Below are positions 53,884 to 64,000 of a stretch of 64,000 nt of DNA, one piece after another (position 1 is the first letter of the stretch; the number at the start of each line of letters is the position of its first letter). Below the pieces are notes generated by a model. That model was not told the origin of the DNA and did not search any database. It was given only the letters and a program-made list of their open reading frames with translations. Both the position numbers and the translations under genes were made by a program. Source of the stretch: Octopus vulgaris (lineage: Eukaryota); contig OX597828.1 in assembly GCA_951406725.2 (NCBI GenBank), forward strand, positions 6,262,001 to 6,326,000, read 5' to 3'.

Positions 53884-54254
53884 TTTCTTCTCTTTCATTT
53901 ATACATCCAAAAATTACAACTGAACGAATTGGGAATAAGCTGTTGTTCTTTACCTTCGGTCTGCTATAATCAAGTATATTCATGTTTAAAGGCATTCTGA
54001 CGATAACTGTTACTTCTTTTTGAATCCTGCATTGTAGGCAGTGTGTAACATGGTAATTATAAATAATATCATTGTTTTGTAAGATGTTAAGGAGTGATCT
54101 GAGAAAGATTTATCTGCTATTACTAGCAGCTCATGTGAACACATTGAATCTTCGTTGGCAGTTAAGCTGGAGTGATAAGGTAATCTTGACAACTGAGTAA
54201 AGCAACAGAGTGGCAATAGACGCGCTGGACAAGATACGTTGACACTCTTGCTCC

Positions 54255-54430
54255 TAGGTCAGCTCTGAGTAAGCAGACTTGAAATGAAGAGACATTCAAT
54301 TCGCGACTGTCTGCAATTTTTTTCCTGCTTTAGGCACCTTATATCAAAGATCATATTGTTAAAGTGTACTTTCTTAATTTAATGCTGCACGAAGTGAGTT
54401 AAGGTGGGGTTGACTTTTTTATTTCCTGTA
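54255..54430 (+). repeat. Old interspersed repeat; probable relatives at 43360-43545, 55500-55700, 56130-56260
   Basis: Recurring words ccaggtca..gcagac..gacattc..gtgac and gctg(c/t)t.tttctag; highly diverged. Confidence 0.4.
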
Positions 54431-57400
54431 GGTCGTTAAATAAGTAAAACAGTTTTCTGCTTGCTGCGATATAAAACTCTGAAGTGTGAAAGTAATGTTG
54501 AGTAATTCTCCAAACAGACTTAACCTACATAACTTAAGACAAATGAGTTATCTGAGTAGTTTTACGCTCTTCCTTTCTTCGTCCATGTTTTCTTTCTACT
54601 TCTTAAAGCATGTTTTCCTAGCTTACTTCCATTCCCGTTCTCCTCATTCTCTTTTTCATGATTGCTTTTAATCCCTATCTCTTTTTTTTTTCTCTACCAT
54701 CTTCCACTTACATATTTTCTTCTTTCTATTTTCTCTACCTTATTTTCCACATTGCCTTTCGATCACTTTTTAGTTTTTTGTTTTTGTTATAGTTCTTTTT
54801 TTCTCTCATTTATTTTACTCTCCTTGTCTTCGCTTCCAATATTCAACTCTGCCTTCCAGCTCTATCTATTTTATTTTCCCCCTGCATACTATCAAAAGAC
54901 ATTTAGATATTCCCTTTCATCGCAGTTCCAATCGTTGTTTTATTTATATTTTCTTTACTTCTCTTCTCTTTTTTTCTTTTTTCTTTTTCTTTCGCTTTAT
55001 ACCCCTCGAACTTATCCACTTAATTTATTGCCTTCTTTTTAGCGTTTCACTGCGGCCATCTTAGACCAGGCAACATGTCACTAGAAACATAATTCCCAAC
55101 ACTAAAGAGTGCATTGAAGTATACACTGGAACGCACTCTAGCGGAAGGGACAAAATACATTATATATGCCCCCTTCCCCCTATTTATTCGCATTCTCTAC
55201 AACTACAGTTTGAAAGCTTAGGTTTTTAATGTTGATATTGCGGTTACTATTCTGTTGTTTTACGTTGTTTTTTCTTCTTATCGCCATTGTCGTTGTATTC
55301 ATGGCAATTTATTTTCCTGTTGTTTTATATACATATTGGGTTGCAGTTGTTGTTTTTTGACTGGTTTGTCACATATTTTATTTTTTCTTATATATATATT
55401 TTGTTGTTGCTGATGCTGTTGGCTGGTCTGGTATTTATACTTGTTTTCTATTTAGGATTGTTTTTATCGATTTTTTCAGTGTGTGTGTATTTATAGTTGT
55501 TTAACTCCAGGTCAAGCAGACCTGTAAACATGGACGTTCCTTACATATGTGTAAAAATCATAGGCACTTCAGCCTTGTCCATCGCGTCTTTTTTTTTCTG
55601 CATATATATTAATCTCCAATTTATTATAATATTTCTAAGGCTTTGGTGTGTGAATTGCTGTTGTTTCTAGTATTTCGTGCGACCATGTAGAGGTTTCCCC
55701 ATACTGGCTATCATAAAATTATGCCGCACCTACTGTTTTACTGTCCATTCGATGTTGTTGTTGCTGCTATTTATAAATTGCAACTGTTTATTGTTTCTCT
55801 TTTTGTGGTAGTTAGGTTGCTGTTGTTGTTGTGATACTAGTTGTGTTGGTGACCATTGTCGTAGACATCATCGTCGTCGCTGTCGTCTCAGTCATGGTTG
55901 GTCGAATACTTATCGATGTCATGTTGCTATTATTATTGTCGAAACATTTTCCCTTGTTGTAAATGTTTTATTTGCTGAACTACTTGTACTTTATAAATTG
56001 TCTGTATATTATTATGTTTAACAGATTTAATCATTTATTTGTTTATTGGAAAGCTCTTATTCTTGATTGTTCTTTGGATTTGAAGAAGTGATTGCAGTGG
56101 CGGTTGTCATTAGTTTCTATTCAAACTAAGCCGTTTAAAGACATTCCAGCGTGGGCCGTTCTTGTGTATTAGTGTGTGCGTGCATCTAGGACTACGTTGA
56201 CCAATGTCTCCTTTATGAAGAACGTTAAGTGTAGCTAGAGAGAATATGGCTGCCGCTTTTGACACGCGCTAATGCAGTGATAAACTGTGCCACTATCAAG
56301 AGTTAAAATTATGTACAATATATTTCACTGATAACGCTGCAAAGAAGGACTTCTGGGATTCATATTTAAAATAAATGTGATATTGTTGAAAATAAATTTG
56401 GAGCTGAGAATCGGAGTAAGGGACGTTTGTAGCTAATCGATTACTTTTAAAGACATGGGATCAAAATTTCGTTGTGTTTAGATTACTTTTCGAGCATATT
56501 AGACTTACCCAAAGATTTGTATTGACAGTTTGTGTTGTGAATTATTACTCCTGGGGATAGTACTAGAGTAGGGCTTGTTTCGTGAATAATACAGGTAATA
56601 AAAATTTATCACAGATATGGTTGCGTGGTAAGAAGTTTGCTACTAGACTTGACACCGTTCATTAATCGATGTGCATTCAAAGCAATGATTAGTAAATTCA
56701 CGAAACCGGTATGCTTTTGAATCTCTTTAACAATTCACAATAATGACTTTTATTACTATTATTCCTACCTCAGTTCATCTAATTGTATATATCTATCGTT
56801 ACTTTTCATAAAAATCCTTTACTTTTTTTTTATTTTCAATGTGCATTTTCGCTTATTTTTTTCTTCTTACTTTCCCACTATATATATACATATATACATA
56901 TATATATTGTGTGTGTATATGTGTGTGGGGATATCTGAATGTGTGTATGTGTGTGGGTGTGAATGGGCCTGTGTATCTGTGTATGTATGTTTAGGCTTGT
57001 GTATGCATGTCAATTTTATATTCACCACTTGTGCATACATACACACACACATGCGCGCGCGCATATTTTCATCTGAAACGTATGTTGATACTGAAACATT
57101 GAACCGTGATGCAATAGATGAAAGCATTTGAACCAAACTCACTTACGTTAATTTTTAGTCTATTATTATTTTATAATAGCATTGTGCTTATACACACACA
57201 TATGTACGTGCCAAAAGTCGTTTGTCGCATCTCTACAATCTGTTAACTGATAATTCAACTGTAAACGGACAACAAAACTTTTGATGCATAATTGTTTATC
57301 ATATTTTTGCAAAATAATAAAATGAAGTAGGATATGAGTATGTGTATATGCGTATTTCTAATATAATCAATGTACAATAGCGCCAATGTAATATACGTTG

Positions 57401-58051
57401 CGCTCTATACAATGGACTGCGGCAATCAGTGTGTGTAATAGCAACCTTAACAAGGTATAGTGTATGGTCTGGCTGGGTCAGTTGATTCTTTAGATCGTTT
57501 GGTTGCTGCTCAACATTTTTCAACTAACCACGTGGTAAAGGTCAATTTTGTCATAGTTGAACTGGAGTTAAACAACCATCAGTATCATCATTGTTACTAA
57601 ATGATTCATCATGGTCACACAGTTTTACTGCGATAGTAATGACCATCATCTTCTTCCTCCTCTTCTCCACGTTCAACCCCCTCCTTATTATTATCATGAA
57701 TGATAGCAAAACCATGATCCTAATCTTCTCTCCTCCTCCTCCTCCTCCTCCTCATCATCATCATCATCATCATCGTTTCTTTTATTGCCATTGCTATCGC
57801 ATTTACAATCACTCAGTCTTTCATTACGAGACGCTTATTTGGTGACATTGATGTAGTACATGTTAGATACAGTAACACAAGATGTATGCGCATTTAATAT
57901 GAATTGTACACAATCGTAAGAAAGTATATAATGCACACGCATGCGCGCGGATGAATAATCATGCATGTTAGGACATGAAAATAGATATTTATATGCGAAT
58001 CGATTAATATATGGTTATACATTTATAGGTATAAGCTATACACACACACAC

Positions 58052-58082
<31 letters not shown>

Positions 58083-58124
58083 TACACACACACACACACA
58101 CACACATACACATACACACACAAA

Positions 58125-58327
58125 TAATGCTTAACGGAATTTTGCGCGGAACGAAATGCTTTGCGGTACTTCGCCCTTCGCTACGTTCTGAGTTGAAATA
58201 CTGCCGTGGTCGACTGTCCCTTACATCATTTCGGGGTCGATGAAATAAGTACCAGTTAAACGCTGGTGTCAATGTAATCGACTAGCCCCCTTTTCCAAAT
58301 TTCAGGCTCTCTGCCTATTGTAGAAAG
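58125..58327 (+). mobile_element. SINE family B
   Basis: cgttctgagttgaaatactgcc..tttcggggtcgatgaaataagtaccag..gtaatcgact. Confidence 0.82.
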
Positions 58328-58884
58328 CGTGGATCTTTACAGTTTCGTTGCCAGCGGCTCCGAAAATTGAAGTTTACTGAAAATTTTTAAATTCTGCTCA
58401 ATAAAACACTTGACCAAACTGAATTGATGGAGTTGTTTTTTTCTTCATAAAGATGCTTTTAAGCAGTTGTAGAGTTATAAAATTTGATCATTTTCATCCA
58501 GCCAGGAAACAGTATTTGGAAGCTGTCATTTTGTTTGTGACTACACATTTTGTCGTCAAAATCCTCAAAAGAACACGTGTCAATACTTTTAAAGAACACG
58601 TGTTATGTCTCCGGCAATTTTCTTTCACATAAATAAATGTTTATATCAATTTATCCAAAAAATCTTATTTAGCTGGGTTTTTTTTTTTGGCACACCTCAC
58701 AACCACCTCAATTTTCAATGGTAAAAAGAAATCATAATAGAAGCGAAGTTACTGGAGCTTGCCGCCATAATCATGAAGAACGCAACGTCACATTTGCCAA
58801 CATGTGCTTCCTCATACATAAAAGACTTTGCAAAAATTGCTGTCAACGCGCACTTCCTCGCAAATAAAGCACTTTTAAAAGACT

Positions 58885-58898
58885 GTTACTATGGTAAC
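58885..58898. promoter_or_regulatory. Candidate RFX X-box
   Basis: GTTACTATGGTAAC within the near-palindrome ctgttactatggtaacag; matches the X-box consensus GTTRCCATGGYAAC with one mismatch. Confidence 0.35.
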
Positions 58899-59162
58899 AG
58901 GCGAAAGAGTCCTTATGTTCCGTTTCTTACTATCAAAACAGCTATGAATGTGTCTGCAGCATACGATTGGCTAAAATTACCAAAATTTTCAAAATTTAAT
59001 TACTAATGACTTTTATTTATTGATTTATAGCGAAAATTACTTTCACGTCATTAATCAGTCTATAAAAGTGTATCACTACACTGAATATAAAATGAATTCG
59101 AACACAAGATTGACGCTGGCAGCTGCTGGCAACCAAACAGAAAAGATGCGAAAGGGTTATGA

Positions 59163-59329
<167 letters not shown>

Positions 59330-59333
<4 letters not shown>

Positions 59334-59478
59334 GAGTGAGAGAGCAATGCATGCCATCAAAGTGACACTGGGGTAAAATATAGAAAGCCCAGTTTACCCA
59401 TCATGACTATCCGTCTGATAAGGGTACACTAGGCACATGCATCACAACCATATGTGCGCGACATGGTCATCTGATATC
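59330..59478 (-). mobile_element. Repeat family E, 3' fragment
   Basis: Reverse complement of about 37870-38025. Confidence 0.8.
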
Positions 59479-60066
59479 TGTTGTTGTTGTTGCTATTGTT
59501 CTTCTTATTATTATTAGTTATTGTTGTTACTACTACTACTACTACTATAATTTTAAACAATTTTCGTCCTGTCCATAATAGGTCACCACCAAATTGAGAA
59601 AGGTCGGTTTCCTAGAAGTGGCCCTAGAGCAAATAATGTGCAAGTACTACTCCTACAGGTAGCTCAACTACTCTAGTATATCGCAGCCATCCTCTCACAC
59701 ACAAATACTGTAAACATACATAAGTATGCACGTACATGCACACACACACACACATGCACACACACACACGCGAAAATTACTTTTTCTTGTACATGTTTTA
59801 TGCATTGGATTGCGGGTATTCTGGACACTAACTTGAATAATTTAACCAAACAAGTGAACTGCATTACTTCTTTTTAGATTCAGGTAGTTATTCTAATATA
59901 CATTTTTTTACCCACTTGTTAACTTACGGGGGCGCAAAAAGTCCAGTGCTGGTTATCATGGTGAGGGACAAAAACACAAAAATGACAACCATACACACAT
60001 ATATACATATACACACCTGTCCATTTGTTTTTTCTTTCTGTCAGTCTGTCTGTCTGTCTGTCTCTT

Positions 60067-60134
<68 letters not shown>

Positions 60135-60186
60135 TGCATATATACATATATATATATATGTGAGTGTCTATGCGCGTGTGTTTGTA

Positions 60187-60338
60187 TGATGGGCTTCCAC
60201 ACAGTTTCCTTCCACTAAATTCTATTGAAAGGCCTTGGTCTGCCCGGGTCTATATTAGAAGAGATTTGTCAAATGTGCCTCGCGGTACAACCAAACGCGA
60301 AACCATAAGATTTTAAAAAGAGCTTCTTAGCCACACAA
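60187..60338 (-). mobile_element. Degenerate SINE family A 5' half
   Basis: gggcttc..cagtttcc..aaggccttggtc..agaagag..agccacaca. Confidence 0.6.
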
Positions 60339-61665
60339 ATACATTTGTTTAACTGAAAAATATCTCATCGTTAACCATTCCAAGACATTCATTGAATTTT
60401 TGATTGCGAATTGTAGCCAAATAAGGTATTAATGTAGACGTGACACATATTTTGATAGGGAACATATTTTGCTTATAGATTTGGTAGAATCTTACAGATT
60501 TGTTGAAATTGTTATTTCCAAATTTTGCAGATGATCGTGTGAAAATATGGAATAAATTAACTACAGATTCTATGTGTGTAAATGTGATATAAATAGCTAA
60601 AACTTCATATAGGTAATTGTATAATTAAAGGTATCTTCTCTATATATGATAAAACTTATTAATATGTTACGCATAAAGATATATTTTCATTGCTCGGAGC
60701 TTTCACCGCTTTCTTCCAATTCATTTCTTGCTCATGGACAGGAATCTTATTTTGTCAGGTCAACATCGTATGAATATCTTCATGCTCGCATTAAGAAAGT
60801 GTTATCCGTTAGAGCATTTTGAAAGGTCTTTTGCGGTGAGTCTGGACCACGTCATTCTCATCTTCCTTTCTTGTTCCTCACTAAGTTTAACTGTATTGCT
60901 TTCATTTAGCATTTGATTTACCTTACGCAATTCTAATACGTCTTTGTTTCTTTATTGCTGCTTATATTGTTCGTCAATATAGTAAATGAAAAGTGGAACA
61001 GACAAACGTGTATTTTATATATGTATAGAAATAAACATCTCTTAGTAAATCAGGACACGAACATTTTGAGAGACAAACGTTAAAAACAAAATAGGAATTG
61101 AAGTAAAAAGTATATATAAACGAGATCTCGAAGAGATTAATACATTGAGAAAAACTTAAAATATTGAGAATTGATATTACAGGAAATTATAATGTAATGA
61201 TGATTAATATATATGTGTATGGTAGCGTGTATGTTTATATATGTATGTGAGAGTATATGTATGTGTGTGTGTATAAAACTATAGTCGATAGTCTTTCCCT
61301 GAGATTACTAAACTACTTTTCAATTATGATTGTCAGAAAAAAACTATATTATTTTGGAAATAAATTTGCGAAAAAGCAGACAGGTAAGCAATAATATTTA
61401 TACATGTAATCAGATATAATATTCGAAAATGCATTTGCGGATAATAGGCAAATACAACCATTTACAATAATGTAGGCCAGCGTGTACATCTATATATAAG
61501 TGCGGCATATTTGTATATGCATATACCATGCGTATATTCATATAGATACCTGTAAATTTTATAGTTATAACAGTTTACAAACTGCTACTATCAACCGTTC
61601 TATGATCCTTCCATTTACCTGAATGATTATCGAGAGAAGCATTAGTAAATTTATAGATGGTTTTA

Positions 61666-62427
61666 TGGGGGTCGGCTGAAAAGTTCATAGGATGACCAAA
61701 ATAAAAAGTATAGACTCCTTGCGGTCCACACACTTCTTCCATCAGCGTTGGATACCATTGGTGAAGATGCGATACTGGTTCCCAGCCAAGTTTTTATGAC
61801 GAGGAACAGTTCATAATCAAATGGGGCCAAATCACAAGAATAGGGAGGGTGATCAACCAGTTCAAAGCACAGTCACGCTCAGCAGCCTTAGAATCTAAGG
61901 TATTGTTTGCTTATGCATTGTCCAGATGAAACAAGGAATCTTTCATCAGTTTTCCTGAGCGTTTGCTCGTGATAGCCATTTGTTATTGCCTCAGGATGCT
62001 GGGATAGTAGTGTCCATTGATGGGATGGCTCTTTTGAAGATAACCAATAAACACAATGCCTATTGCATCCCCCAAACACGGAGGTCATCAGATTCCACGC
62101 AGATGAAACGCTCTTGACCTTGTTTGGAGCAACGTATTTCCACTGCATGGATTGTCTTTTTTTTATTTCTGCCTCATAGTGATGAAGCCAACGCTCATGA
62201 TTGGTTAGAAAAATTCAAGGAAGCCTGTTGGATCTGCATCAGATAATGTCAGATTTTCCAATGATGTGACCAGTCTGGTGCATTTTTGATTATGTGTCAG
62301 AAGACGTGAAACTCACTAAGCAGAAACCTTCGTCATGCAAAGTTTACATATGCAGAATATTCTCAACTTTGTCATGTGATATGCCAATAGCAATGGCTAT
62401 CTTTATATATATAAAACTGAGAATGCG

Positions 62428-62462
<35 letters not shown>

Positions 62463-63835
62463 TTCCCTAAAACTTGAGAACTACACAAATTTTACTTGAG
62501 AACTACATTCAAATTTTACACATGCCTTACTAAGGGTCCGGGGAGTGTTCGCAAAAAAAATTTGAACTTTTTGCCTAGGGCGAGCCCACAGCAATATCAT
62601 ATCTTCTCCACTACGATTCCCTAAAACTTGAGAACTACACAACCAATTCCATTCAAATTTTACACATGCCTTACTTAGGGTCCATGTAGTTTCACGGGCA
62701 AACAAATGTTCAACTTCTTTGCTTAGAGCGAGTCCATAGCAATATCATATATTCTCTACTATTTCAGTATTACGTGTTAAAAGTGAAACAAAAACGTTTC
62801 TCTATTTTATGTCAGATACATTCATTTTAACAATAAAAATAATAATAACAATTGAATTATATGTAGTAAGTAATAATTAAATTAAAGAAAAGACTATTGT
62901 CTATAAAGTATACAATGTAGAGAAAAAAGTGTCTTGGTGCGACTATGAAAGGTATCTAATCAGAGGCGGTAAATTCGCACCAATAGAAGCAAGGTTCGAG
63001 TCAACGGAGCGTGCAAGGGAGTACTCGACTCGAACTTGCAAAGTGGAAATATTTTATTTTTACCTTTATATCTGGGACGTAGGACGTCCCGGAAAAAAAT
63101 TTTTAAATGATCCCCCCGCCACAGAAGTAGAGGTAGGCTGGATTGTAGCCACACTTCTATACAAGAGGGAGGACAAGATACAATTGATCGAAATTACAAG
63201 AGAGGGGCTAACAATTCCAGTCTGTTATATATTTTGAGTATTGTTATCACTTGCGATATCAAGATATAATTTTGTATTTTGCATTTTATGTGTAGATGTA
63301 TATGTAGAGATGTACATGTAGTATGTACACATATATATACACATATATACATGCACTAGCACTATGACCCGGCAACGACGGGTCTTTAATGCTAGTATGA
63401 TATATAGTTAATTGCCTATCATCCATTTCTATGTGGTGAATACGATCAATGCTTTCCTCGGTGGTGGCTGATGCAGAACACCCACACCGCATGTCATATT
63501 CAAGACTTTCCCTTCCCTTCCTAAATTTAGTTTCCCATTTTTGCGCTGTTGACGAAGCAGGAGTGCCATCCCCTAATGCAGCAACCATGCCAACATGAAT
63601 ATCCTTGAGGGTTAAAACCTTTTCTGCAGGTACGTGGTAACACGATGACGCTGAATTTTGTTATTTTCAAGAGAAGTAGCGACTGGTTACATTCGAAGTC
63701 TTATTTAAGCAGAGAAATGTCACCTTACCTGGAAAGAAAGAATACAGTTATTAATGAGAAGTGTTGACGTTAATGCTTGCAAGATTTCAAATTAATCTTT
63801 CATAGTCGGCATATGAACTTTTCATCCCACCCTCG
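61666..63835 (-). mobile_element. Mariner transposon interrupted by a Helitron
   Basis: TA-flanked TIRs (ctgaaaagttcata / tatgaacttttcat); N-terminal HTH in ORF 63286-63588 (KWETKFRKGRESLE); reading frame rejoins across 62400-63395 (DRQLTIYH|IAIAIGIS). Confidence 0.9.
62400..63395 (+). mobile_element. Non-autonomous Helitron (about 1 kb)
   Basis: 5' TC, 3' CTAG, hairpin gacccg-gcaacga-cgggtc (63366-63384), inserted between A and T with no TSD; (TGTC)n near the 5' end; ~155-bp tandem duplication 62462-62762. Confidence 0.92.
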
Positions 63836-64000
63836 TATATCGTTGGTGATATTTCTTAAAAAGTGTGATCTTAAAGATGTGCCCCTCGTTTATTTGGTCA
63901 TTGTTGATTTATCGGAGAAATTACTATTGTTTTATATTTAATTTTGAAAACATGATACTTAGTAAAACAAAGTAATGCTTATAATTATAATGGCTCTATC

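Noticed and set aside
54560-55500. Hydrophobic F/L/S-rich ORFs resembling membrane proteins
   Set aside because: Pyrimidine-rich low-complexity DNA
62462-62762. CRISPR-like repeat-spacer pattern
   Set aside because: Simple ~155-bp tandem duplication inside a Helitron; eukaryotic context, no cas genes

Overview
AT-rich eukaryotic non-coding DNA, dense in microsatellites, with no confidently identifiable host gene. The SINE families and repeat load suggest a coleoid cephalopod such as Octopus (inference from recognition, not a database search). Almost all listed ORFs are microsatellite artefacts. Real coding remnants come from decayed transposons: four mariner (DD34D-type) copies, two maT/DD37D copies, three RTE-type LINE pieces, one restriction-like-endonuclease (R2/R4 group) LINE fragment, two Penelope-like element (PLE) loci, and a non-autonomous Helitron inserted precisely in a mariner. 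Several tRNA-derived SINE families are present. The most notable signal is a set of type I hammerhead-ribozyme-like motifs in at least five apparently unrelated short repeat families. Three families use a CCGANGA core instead of CUGANGA. Several sit in fold-back (inverted) structures beside (TA)n, and one lies downstream of a tRNA-like head inside a Penelope 3' region. Together these suggest a system of hammerhead-bearing, PLE-mobilised non-autonomous elements. Other candidates: a twin-priming-like inverted RTE, a (TAA)n-targeted repeat family, a pre-miRNA-like hairpin and an X-box-containing promoter-like cluster. Coordinates were read by eye and may be off by a few bases.
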